Of a stretch of DNA of 24,244 nt, positions 16,142 to 23,470 are shown piece after piece. Location of the stretch: IMG/VR virus record IMGVR_UViG_3300008255_000464, positions 1 to 24,244 of that record; one strand, given 5' to 3'. This DNA is from a virus. Taxonomy: Duplodnaviria; Caudoviricetes. The position numbers and the translations under genes are program-made. Position 1 is the stretch's first letter. The number at the start of each line of letters is the position of its first letter. A model generated the notes under the pieces. The model saw only the letters and a list, made by a program, of their open reading frames with translations. It was not told where the DNA came from and did no database searches.

Positions 16142-16473
16142 CTAGTTACAAGCTCAAAATAGTCAGCACCATCTCGACTCACTGTCTCTTTCCAACATCC
16201 ACCATTTCCACCACCACCTCCGGGCGCAGGCAAGATTAACTCTCTCATCTCCGGCCACAGCTCACCTAGATCTCTATCGATCATCCCTCTCATGATACGG
16301 TTGCGCTCTGCGACAATGGCCGTGTCTATCGACTCTTGCACTAGAGTTTGGATCAGTTCTCTCTCTTTGACTTCTTCGGCTCTATTTGCCTTCACCCCTG
16401 ACATTATGAAAATGCCGGCAAGCGCAAGTATGCACACAATCACCACTATTTGGATTTTATTTTTCTTGATCAT
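16129..16473 (-). CDS. Membrane-anchored hypothetical protein
   Basis: Basic N-terminus plus hydrophobic helix, coiled coil, Gly tract, two C-terminal Cys. Confidence 0.6.
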   Translation of the reverse strand: MIKKNKIQIVVIVCILALAGIFIMSGVKANRAEEVKERELIQTLVQESIDTAIVAERNRIMRGMIDRDLGELWPEMRELILPAPGGGGGNGGCWKETVSRDGADYFELVTRCTP

Positions 16474-16954
16474 TTGGTTTGTTTAAGATCTTATAAACCG
16501 CTTCCTTAACTGCTTCAGTCGGCATCTTCGTGGCCTCCGGGTTCTTGTCGAAGTAGTAGAAGGCCTCTCGCTTGAAGTCCTCGATGTGATCCTCGCTCGG
16601 CTTGCCCTGCCAGTCAGTTACAAACTTCCATTGCATCTCAAAAGATCCAATGAGCCACCCTTTAAGCTTCTCCCATTTGTCTTCCGGTGGAAGTTTTTTG
16701 AACGCTTCCATCTCCTCCTTTCGCTTCTGCTCCTCTGCTTCAATATCCTTGAGACTTCGGCCGGTAGGAGCAGGTGCTTCCTTCTCACTCTCGATGGCTT
16801 TGATTTGATTAAGCTCTCCTGCCCATTCTCCAAGATCCACCACCGTATCTCTCGGAGTATTATCATCGAGCCATAGTTGCTTGACCTTGAGACCTCTCTC
16901 GTTAGAGATGCGGATAGGGTCTATTTTTTTCTTGATGAAGATTAGTGTTGCCAT
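16457..16954 (-). CDS. Hypothetical protein downstream of initiator
   Basis: 165 aa ORF starting 2 nt after the initiator stop; no NTPase motif. Confidence 0.6.
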   Translation of the reverse strand: MATLIFIKKKIDPIRISNERGLKVKQLWLDDNTPRDTVVDLGEWAGELNQIKAIESEKEAPAPTGRSLKDIEAEEQKRKEEMEAFKKLPPEDKWEKLKGWLIGSFEMQWKFVTDWQGKPSEDHIEDFKREAFYYFDKNPEATKMPTEAVKEAVYKILNKPNDQEK

Positions 16955-16956
16955 AT

Positions 16957-17691
16957 TTATACTTTTACTGCTTTAGCTCTCGGCACTTCGGTTGAAACCT
17001 CGTCAGTCCACCTTTCTTGGTTTAGCCAAGTGGTCGGATGTGGTATGTATTGGCCTCCATCCTTGCGCCACTGCGCACTTTGCTTGGCTTTTGATAGTCC
17101 GGTCATTATGGCCTTGAAAAGCTCCTCTGTGGGCTTCAGGCGCTTCCAGATTGCCTCTGCTTTCTTCTTTGCCTTCTTATTTGGATACTCTTTCCAGAAC
17201 TCCTCGAACGAAGTGAGAGTATATATATCTTCTCTTCTCTTCACTTCACTTCTCTTCACTTCAGAGTCCAAATGGAAGTCTGTGTCTTCCAATTGGAAGT
17301 CCTTGCCTTCCATAATGGCTTCTACATTTTCCCATGTTATTTTAGGGTTGCTGTTAAGCGGTATTTTCAAGAGTGTCTGTGGTTGCCTATCCTTCTTGAG
17401 TGTCTGATGATCCTTGAAGTTGATCACTCGGTAGAACTTCTCTTTTTGATAGGTGAACTCCTCCATGAGACCTTGGGATACAATGGCTTCCAGATGGTTT
17501 CCAAAGGCCTTAGCGCTTATATCTAGCATAGGCACGACCATTGCCCGGAGCGTTCTTTCTGACCTTGGAAGAAGGCCAAGATCATCAGCATGCACGATCG
17601 CCCATGTGAAGATAAGTTGTGCCTCCACAGGAAGGTTCGCCACCTGCTCGGATACTGAAATCTTTTTGTCTATCATTCGTTTTTGAGCCAT
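16957..17691 (-). CDS. Phage replication initiator / replisome organiser
   Basis: N-term MAQKRMIDKKI...HADDLG, INFKDHQ; C-term FEEFWKEYPNKKAKKKA...YIPHPTTWLNQERWTDE. Start ATG 17691. Confidence 0.85.
   Translation of the reverse strand: MAQKRMIDKKISVSEQVANLPVEAQLIFTWAIVHADDLGLLPRSERTLRAMVVPMLDISAKAFGNHLEAIVSQGLMEEFTYQKEKFYRVINFKDHQTLKKDRQPQTLLKIPLNSNPKITWENVEAIMEGKDFQLEDTDFHLDSEVKRSEVKRREDIYTLTSFEEFWKEYPNKKAKKKAEAIWKRLKPTEELFKAIMTGLSKAKQSAQWRKDGGQYIPHPTTWLNQERWTDEVSTEVPRAKAVKV
17229..17322. repeat. Iteron-like repeats inside initiator gene (candidate origin)
   Basis: TCCAAATGGAAGTC (17267), TCCAATTGGAAGTC (17288), TCCATAATGG (17309) at 21-bp period, adjacent to a CTTCT/CTTCA pyrimidine repeat tract. 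Confidence 0.45.
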
Positions 17692-17700
17692 TGTTATGAT

Positions 17701-17771
17701 AAAAAATGAGCATCTGAAAGAGTACAAGGTACTCCCATGCCACGACTCAAAGAGCCGGTCAGATGCTCACT
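17701..17771 (-). ncRNA. Cloverleaf/three-way RNA with U-tract (CI/C4-like attenuator candidate)
   Basis: TGAGCATCTGA/TCAGATGCTCA stem enclosing CGGCTC-TTT-GAGTCG and GGAGT-ACCTTGT-ACTCT, then TTTTTT. Confidence 0.6.
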
Positions 17772-17819
17772 TCTTATAATAACCTTGACTGTATCCTTCG
17801 GCATGATTTTATGATGAAG

Positions 17820-17875
17820 ATTATAATGCGAGCCGTTCGCATTTGCAAATATGAATGTAAGAAAACTGGGGATAA
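17820..17875 (-). promoter_or_regulatory. Sigma70 promoter with operator and DnaA-like box
   Basis: TTGCAA (17843-17848), 17 nt, TATAAT (17820-17825); operator 17828-17840; TTATCCCCA 17867-17875. Confidence 0.85.
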
Positions 17876-17883
17876 CTCGTCTA

Positions 17884-18453
17884 TTACCTGTTAGCTTCCT
17901 TCCTCCTCTCCTCCTTGAAACCCTCCACCTCCTTTGGTATATCCACACTCGTACCATCGCAGGCGATCTTATGCTTGCGTAGCCATTGCCAGAATGTCAG
18001 CTCCGGCTCGTTGTGGAAATACTCATCTCTCCACTTCTTGTATAGATCCGGGTTCGGGATAGGGATCTGGTTCTTCTCGAAGTAGTCTACGATCTTCTGA
18101 ATGAAGACCTCTCTGAAATCGTGCCGGCTCAAGCCCTTCGTAGATCGGCCGACCTTCTTTGGCTTGCCGTTGAGATCTACGATCCACCGGCCGAGAAACT
18201 CTGCCTTGAACATATCTCTCACAGCAAGGCAGTCGTCTTGCTTGAGAGGGTTCAGGCCTTCAGCCCAATCGCAGTATGCCGGTATGAGAGCGCCTTCAAA
18301 GTATCCTCTGGCCTCCGGTGAGATCTTTTGCTTCGGCTTCAGCTCGAAGAGTGCCTTCGGGTTCTTCTTCAGAAACTCCCGGAAGCGCATCTCGTTGTAT
18401 TGAGACCGGAAGTCTAGCTGTCCGTCTTTGGTGATGTAGGTGAGGAAGGTCAT
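17884..18453 (-). CDS. NinB/Orf-like recombination mediator
   Basis: RGYFEGALIP...MFKAEFL...RSTKGLSRHDF...IQKIVDYF...IPIPNP pattern. Confidence 0.6.
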   Translation of the reverse strand: MTFLTYITKDGQLDFRSQYNEMRFREFLKKNPKALFELKPKQKISPEARGYFEGALIPAYCDWAEGLNPLKQDDCLAVRDMFKAEFLGRWIVDLNGKPKKVGRSTKGLSRHDFREVFIQKIVDYFEKNQIPIPNPDLYKKWRDEYFHNEPELTFWQWLRKHKIACDGTSVDIPKEVEGFKEERRKEANR

Positions 18454-18623
18454 TGTTTTTTATTTTTAGAATAACGCCAAGTGCCGGTATCTCCATGCGT
18501 GAAGGTGATCGTGCAGTCTTCGTTTCTATTACGATGCCCGGCTCGGTGCATGGTGATACCGAGATAGTGAAACCACTTGTCGCAGGTATGGCAGTAACAC
18601 TCTTTGGCTCTTGTTACCCTCAT
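18450..18623 (-). CDS. C2H2-like zinc-finger protein, 57 aa
   Basis: Not in ORF track. MRVTRAKECYCHTCDKWFHYLGITMHRAGHRNRNEDCTITFTHGDTGTWRYSKNKKQ; ATGA overlaps at both ends. Confidence 0.7.
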   Translation of the reverse strand: MRVTRAKECYCHTCDKWFHYLGITMHRAGHRNRNEDCTITFTHGDTGTWRYSKNKKQ

Positions 18624-19141
18624 GACTTCATCTTATTAAGATCCTGCTCCAAGACCACCTTCAAGAGCTTCAGATCGACCTTGTGAGGTGATTTGTCGGC
18701 TTCTGCTAGTTGTATCCACTTCCACCTCTTTTCGCCCACATAGCGCCTTACAAGCTCCCAATAGAGCATACCCTGCTCTGGCTTGAAGTGGCCGTGGTGA
18801 TGCCGGCAGATACAGACGATATTTCTCATATCCCCGAATGTCGCTGTATTGCCTCTGGTGATAAGATGCTCGGCTTGGAGGATCAGCTCTCCGTCTTTCC
18901 TGAAACCGCTACACTGGCCGGCTTCCGGGTAATGCCGGAGGAAGCACCCTCCATCAATGATGATGGCCATCTCACGGATGATAGCTTGGATGTCTCTCTT
19001 CAGCTCTGCCGGCTCGGTCTGGCCGACCACCCGGATCTTGGTGCGCTTGAGACTACCGGTTTGCTTGAGAGGTTTTCTCTCATAGTTCCACGGCTTCTTT
19101 GCCTTGAGAGCCGTCTTTCTTTTAAGCCAAGATTTTTTCAT
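18620..19141 (-). CDS. NinG/Rap-like HNH-fold nuclease
   Basis: Basic LKRKTALK N-terminus; DGGC...LQAEHLITRG...DMRNIVCICRHHH. Confidence 0.7.
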   Translation of the reverse strand: MKKSWLKRKTALKAKKPWNYERKPLKQTGSLKRTKIRVVGQTEPAELKRDIQAIIREMAIIIDGGCFLRHYPEAGQCSGFRKDGELILQAEHLITRGNTATFGDMRNIVCICRHHHGHFKPEQGMLYWELVRRYVGEKRWKWIQLAEADKSPHKVDLKLLKVVLEQDLNKMKS

Positions 19142-19557
19142 GACTGCTCTATACCTAGCTTTGATAACTCATCTGCCTGCTTATTCTTCTCCCTTGGAAG
19201 AAGCTTGCCGGAGATGTTGCTGAAGACTGGAACGAGAGCTTTGTTGTCTCTGAAGAGGAAGGCGTATGGAAGCTTTTGATCCCTACACTGCCACCCTCTA
19301 AACATCTGCGAGATCACAAGCTTGGAGTCTCCGTAGACAACGGTCTCTTCGTTCTCGTAGCCGTTTTTGAGAAGCCACACAAGCGCTCTATTGAGAGCAT
19401 AGTGTTCTGCCACATTGCAGGTAGATTGCGCTTCGTCTACTGGTACTCGGCCGTATTCAGAGTGAAGCCATGTGTCGCCTTGTTTTATAATCAAGCCATA
19501 GCCACACTTCTTCCAGAGCCACGCCGCACCATCGAAATATACTTGGATCTTCTTCAT
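19138..19557 (-). CDS. rnhA: Ribonuclease HI family protein
   Basis: VYFDGA, TCNVAEHYAL, YGDSKLVISQM, PREKNKQADELS: full DEDD set. Confidence 0.9.
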   Translation of the reverse strand: MKKIQVYFDGAAWLWKKCGYGLIIKQGDTWLHSEYGRVPVDEAQSTCNVAEHYALNRALVWLLKNGYENEETVVYGDSKLVISQMFRGWQCRDQKLPYAFLFRDNKALVPVFSNISGKLLPREKNKQADELSKLGIEQS

Positions 19558-19805
19558 ATCTTTATGATATTACGCTCCTTCTTGATAGTGATCCGGTAAC
19601 TCTTAAAACCCCACTCGTCAGTGAAGTCGCTATGCTCGATCGGCCAGTGGTATTTATTCTCAAGAGTGTGAATGACGAAGCCGGCCTGTGTGAGATACAT
19701 TTCTCGCACGAAATACTGCTTGTTGATCCAACCGCCTTCAGCATCAAGGAGAACCTTGAGCATCCTTGCCGGCTGTGTACCTTCTTTTGGAAAGATTGGC
19801 TCCAT
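19554..19805 (-). CDS. Winged helix-turn-helix DNA-binding protein
   Basis: TQPARMLKVLL...LTQAGFVIHTLENKYHWPIE...KSYRI wHTH pattern; likely start ATG 19805. Confidence 0.65.
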   Translation of the reverse strand: MEPIFPKEGTQPARMLKVLLDAEGGWINKQYFVREMYLTQAGFVIHTLENKYHWPIEHSDFTDEWGFKSYRITIKKERNIIKI

Positions 19806-19886
19806 GGTAGTAATCAAAGGCGGTATTTTAATGCGCCTATCCCCAACCATATTGGCCATTTGGCCGAAATGGTCAGAGTAGAAGCA

Positions 19887-20270
19887 CTAGGCCTTCTCTT
19901 CTTCTCCCTCTTCGGAAGACTCGGAGTCGCCCTCATCTTCTGACTCATCAGAGTCCTCGTCTTCAGACTCATCTTTTGACTCTTCATCAGATGACTTGTC
20001 TTCAGAGTCAGCATCCTCACCGGCCTTCTCTTCTCCGGCTTCCTTTGCTTCAGGATGCTCTTCGCCATTGCCTAGAAACTCTAGGGCATGAGCGATGGTA
20101 GGAAACTCCTCGAACTTAAGAGTCGAGAGATCTTCCACTGCCTCGTCAGACTTGGCAATGAAAACTCTGTCTGCTTGATCCTCACGAGCTTTCACATGCT
20201 CCTTGGCTTCAAGCGCAGTAGTGAACTGCTGTGGCTCATCTACCTCTGCAAACTTGATATATATCACCAT
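19887..20270 (-). CDS. Hypothetical protein with highly acidic C-terminal tail
   Basis: 127 aa; duplicated F(T/P)T..A helix unit, then a D/E/S tract. Confidence 0.65.
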   Translation of the reverse strand: MVIYIKFAEVDEPQQFTTALEAKEHVKAREDQADRVFIAKSDEAVEDLSTLKFEEFPTIAHALEFLGNGEEHPEAKEAGEEKAGEDADSEDKSSDEESKDESEDEDSDESEDEGDSESSEEGEEEKA

Positions 20271-20303
20271 TGTAGTAATCGATTAACCAATAATACCGGT
20301 AGT

Positions 20304-20594
20304 TTATGTTGCAACACCGGCTTCTTCTCTAGGTACAAACTTACTGCCCGGAACACTGATCACCATAGACGCCCTCATACCTTCGTGATAACCCACCGAA
20401 TGAAGAAGAACACGAGTAGCTTGAGCGATTTTACCTCCCTTGCCGATGACTCGGCCTCGATCATCTGGATGTACTTCGATGGTGTATTTAACTCCCATCT
20501 CGTCATCGTTTCTCACGATCTTGATGTCTTCTGGATGGCCTACCAAACCGGAAAGGACTTGGATCAACCATGGCTGTACTTTGTCTTCGCTCAT
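20304..20594 (-). CDS. khpA: KhpA-family KH-domain RNA-binding protein
   Basis: LVGHPEDIKI, DEMGV, VHPDDRGRVIGKGGKIAQATRVLL (GxxG loop). Confidence 0.88.
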   Translation of the reverse strand: MSEDKVQPWLIQVLSGLVGHPEDIKIVRNDDEMGVKYTIEVHPDDRGRVIGKGGKIAQATRVLLHSVGYHEGMRASMVISVPGSKFVPREEAGVAT

Positions 20595-20630
20595 TTGTAG
20601 TGTTCTTATTTTTAATCGGGGTTTTTGAGT

Positions 20631-20695
20631 GCGAACCCTTCGTATTTAAGAATACCGCAAAATGAGAATACAATGAAGTCAAAGTCTGTGGATAA
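20631..20695 (-). promoter_or_regulatory. Putative promoter with perfect DnaA box and degenerate operator near +1
   Basis: TTCATT-17 nt-TATTCT (20649-20654); TTATCCACA 20687-20695; GCGAACCCTTCGT 20631-20643. Confidence 0.55.
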
Positions 20696-20700
20696 ATATC

Positions 20701-21606
20701 CTACCAGTTGTCGCCGTTGCGATACGGATCAGTGATTGCATCCCATCGGTACACATCTTTGTGCGCCAGAAATGCTTTGAAGTCTCTCTCGATGAAGCTC
20801 TCTCCGTTGTCGAGATCTTTTGCTTCAAAGACCTCGTATGGTCTCGGAGAATAGTTCTTGTACTCCTTACCTTGGATGCGAGCGATCGCCTTCTTCATCT
20901 CTTTCTTGCGCTCCTCCTTGGCGTAATACTCTTCCTCGGTGAGCTTGGAGACACGGATCGCCCACCTGCCTTTATACTTCTTCTTTGGTGTCTCCTCCAT
21001 GTCAGCCATCGCATAGGCCGCCGTCTGCGCTCTCACGCTGTTGTAGAGGCCGTTAGAGGACTTCAGGTCGACTAGGCAAAGCTTTCCATCTACCTTGGCC
21101 TCAATATCGAGAGTACCTATAAAGTCATGCTCCTTTGAGTAGACCACACGCTCTGAAGAGATGAACTCTACCTTGTGTTTGTCCGTCCATTCCATGAATG
21201 AGTTGACTCCGGTAACAGCTTCAGGGATCTCCGGTATCGGAGGCATCTCTGGATAGCCCGGCTCGCCTTTCTTGAACTTGATAAACTTCTCGACCCAATC
21301 GTGGATCGCTGTACCAATGTTGGCCGCCTCATCCTTTTTAATGTCTGATTGCACGGCCGCCTCCAGCACCTCCTCGATGCCAATCTCTTTGCCGGCCTCT
21401 ATGAGAGTGAGGAGGTAGTCGGCGGTAAGCTCTCTCTGCCAAGACATGAGACCGATGCTCTTGTCTTTGATGCCACAGATAGTCGTAACTCCTGTGCGCC
21501 TCTTGAACCTCTCACCATCAACGGCCGCCCAATACTGATGAGACTCCGGGTAAAACTTTATAGCAACCTCGCCGTTGTAGAGGGTGCTTTCAATGAACTC
21601 TGCCAT
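20701..21606 (-). CDS. PD-(D/E)XK exonuclease (RecB/Cas4-like phage recombination nuclease)
   Basis: GVTTI, GTAIHDWVE, GTLD...LVDLKSS, QTAAYA; adjacent to ERF. Confidence 0.85.
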   Translation of the reverse strand: MAEFIESTLYNGEVAIKFYPESHQYWAAVDGERFKRRTGVTTICGIKDKSIGLMSWQRELTADYLLTLIEAGKEIGIEEVLEAAVQSDIKKDEAANIGTAIHDWVEKFIKFKKGEPGYPEMPPIPEIPEAVTGVNSFMEWTDKHKVEFISSERVVYSKEHDFIGTLDIEAKVDGKLCLVDLKSSNGLYNSVRAQTAAYAMADMEETPKKKYKGRWAIRVSKLTEEEYYAKEERKKEMKKAIARIQGKEYKNYSPRPYEVFEAKDLDNGESFIERDFKAFLAHKDVYRWDAITDPYRNGDNW

Positions 21607-21608
21607 AA

Positions 21609-22514
21609 CTATTTTCCTTGATTATTGCCGTTCGTTCTGGCCTCTTTCTGATGCTCTCTGCAAAGTGGCTTCCCAAACATGCGGATCGAATAAACTGCCT
21701 CCTGTTGAGTGATCTCCTCGCCTCCCATCTGGCATCGAGGCACTTCTTGAGACTCTGAAGCATCCATCTGGATCTCTCGCTCCGGTGGCTTTGGAGCGCT
21801 ATATGCAGGCCTTCTTGTGGATGCTTGAGGAGCAGGTGCAGGCCGGCTATTGCCACTGCTTGTATTGAGATCTGCTCCGTCATTATCTTCATCTCCTGTA
21901 AGGAGACCGAAGGCATTACAGAAAGCATATCTCTTGGCGAAGGTCTGTGCGGCCGCCGTCTGCTGTGATGCAGACATGATCTGTGTCTTGTTGCCAAGAG
22001 GCACAGACATCTCGGAGATCTCCGAGTGGCCACCTTCATGCACAACTCTCACGGCAACCTTCACACCATTCTCAAGAAGCTCCATGCTTGTTGAGTAACT
22101 GAAGCCATGCTTCTGAAGAAGATCCTTGACTTGCTCTACGATAGACTCGATCGGAGCGTAGCGATACGCCACCTGTCCGGTGTTCGTCTTGACCTCCTTG
22201 GTCTTCTTGATCGTAGGACACTCGGATTGGAAGGAAGCCATCGCACGATCGTATTCCTTCTTGGCCTCTCGTGCCTCCCATCTCTCCTGCAAGGCAACGA
22301 GCTTCTCAAGGGACTCTACATCCACCTTGTTCTCAATCGCCTTCTCGATGAGAGCTTGAGGGCTTGGCATTCTCGACTCTCGCACCGCTACCTCACGACT
22401 TTCACTCTTCTTCGATGATACCTTCTTCGCCTTGACCGGCTTGGCAGGCACATCAATCACTTCCGGCTTCACTGAAGCAGGAGCGACTTCTTCCTCACTA
22501 TTCTTTTTTCCCAT
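21609..22514 (-). CDS. erf: ERF-family single-strand annealing protein with degenerate C-terminal zinc finger
   Basis: YAPIESIVEQVKDLLQKHGF, HEGGHS, AAAQTFAKRYAFCNAFGL, DEDND; C-term C...YSIRMFGKPLCREHQ. Confidence 0.88.
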   Translation of the reverse strand: MGKKNSEEEVAPASVKPEVIDVPAKPVKAKKVSSKKSESREVAVRESRMPSPQALIEKAIENKVDVESLEKLVALQERWEAREAKKEYDRAMASFQSECPTIKKTKEVKTNTGQVAYRYAPIESIVEQVKDLLQKHGFSYSTSMELLENGVKVAVRVVHEGGHSEISEMSVPLGNKTQIMSASQQTAAAQTFAKRYAFCNAFGLLTGDEDNDGADLNTSSGNSRPAPAPQASTRRPAYSAPKPPEREIQMDASESQEVPRCQMGGEEITQQEAVYSIRMFGKPLCREHQKEARTNGNNQGK

Positions 22515-22546
22515 AACGGTAAAATCATTTAATGAATAATACCTAC

Positions 22547-22602
22547 ATTATAGAAAGCGAGCCGTTCGCTTGCAAGGTCTCTTCCATAAAAACTGGGGAT
22601 AA
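22547..22602 (-). promoter_or_regulatory. Sigma70 promoter with operator and DnaA-like box (start of early operon)
   Basis: TTGCAA (22570-22575), 17 nt, TATAAT (22547-22552); operator 22557-22569; TTATCCCCA 22594-22602. Confidence 0.85.
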
Positions 22603-22679
22603 GAAAAAGCTCAAAAAGCGTGTCAAGTCAAGGGGAGTGGGGATAAGAATATGGCTATGTTGAGCCACCGCCACCTGAT

Positions 22680-22704
22680 TTGACAAAACCCCATTTGCTA
22701 TAAT
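22680..22704 (+). promoter_or_regulatory. Divergent extended -10 promoter
   Basis: TGcTATAAT 22696-22704; TTGACA at 22680-22685 is only 13 nt away. Confidence 0.6.
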
Positions 22705-22747
22705 GTAGTTAGGTAGGGGCGCTAATGTCCCTACCAAAATCACTACC

Positions 22748-22966
22748 ATGGAACATTTAGATGCAACTTTAGAAGGAGGTGAGAAGACTTCGATGAAAGA
22801 CTACCTCGTGTTGATCACCGTAGATGTGCCGTACCCGAAGCAGTTTGAATATAGGGAGTCGGCCGGCAGTATTGCTCCTGCGGTATCTCGTGCGCTCAAG
22901 AAGATGAGGAAGGATCTCGGCCGGAAGCGCATCAAGGAGTTCAGGATCAAAGCCATACAGATGTAA
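22748..22966 (+). CDS. Small basic hypothetical protein (only convincing plus-strand gene)
   Basis: Own promoter and terminator; alternative start ATG 22793 after AAGGAGGTGA. Confidence 0.7.
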   Translation: MEHLDATLEGGEKTSMKDYLVLITVDVPYPKQFEYRESAGSIAPAVSRALKKMRKDLGRKRIKEFRIKAIQM

Positions 22967-22999
22967 AAGGAGAAAAGCCCTTTCGGGCTTTTTCCTTTT
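22965..22999. terminator. Bidirectional intrinsic terminator
   Basis: AAAAGGAGAAAAGCCC-TTTC-GGGCTTTTTCCTTTT between convergent genes. Confidence 0.85.
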
Positions 23000-23026
23000 A
23001 GAGTGGCTCTTTAGAAGCCATCCTGA

Positions 23027-23242
23027 TTATAACCCCTCTGGCAACTCGAAGCCAAGGATCATCCAGAGTACGATGAGGCCGGCCACTGATAGCACGGCTG
23101 TTTCCAACCATGCTCCCATTCGACCTCTGAAGACTCGTTTCAAGAAGCTAGGATACGCTTCCTCTTTGACATTGAGCATGATCAAGTACCAAGAGAAGAG
23201 AGGTATCGCTAAAAGTAGAGGAGCAAGTAGTCTGTAAAACAA
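23027..23242 (-). CDS. Small two-TM membrane protein
   Basis: Two hydrophobic helices; TTG start uncertain; last gene of the lysis block. Confidence 0.5.
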   Translation of the reverse strand: MFYRLLAPLLLAIPLFSWYLIMLNVKEEAYPSFLKRVFRGRMGAWLETAVLSVAGLIVLWMILGFELPEGL

Positions 23243-23245
23243 AGA

Positions 23246-23470
23246 CTACTCTTCCGAACTTGAGGATGTGGCTTGACCGGCAACCCACTTTCTCAAAGAG
23301 TTTAGAAGGATCGCTCCGACACCTGTTGCAACAGGCGCCCAAGATCCCCAATCAACCATTGGAAGAATATCTGTGGCATAGACCACAAGCGCACCTCCCA
23401 TAGCGAGAAGCGCACCTCTCCCGATCTTTTGGAGATCCTCACGATTGAACTTATATTTTGGACTTTTCAT
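23246..23470 (-). CDS. Putative holin
   Basis: 74 aa, two hydrophobic helices with charged ends, near lysozyme-like gene. Confidence 0.65.
   Translation of the reverse strand: MKSPKYKFNREDLQKIGRGALLAMGGALVVYATDILPMVDWGSWAPVATGVGAILLNSLRKWVAGQATSSSSEE

Noticed and set aside
20701-21606. Cas4 as part of CRISPR adaptation
   Set aside because: No Fe-S cysteine cluster; paired with ERF as a standard recombination module.
878-22418. Many plus-strand and alternate-frame ORFs in the track
   Set aside because: Shadows of well-supported minus-strand genes, often from low-complexity acidic codons; no motifs.
12612-22571. Recurrent 13-17 bp motif as CRISPR repeat or att site
   Set aside because: Too short, kilobases apart and fixed within promoters; no spacers, cas operon or integrase.
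22543-22749. 68-aa minus-strand ORF
   Set aside because: Spans the divergent promoter region, operator and DnaA-like boxes; likely non-coding.
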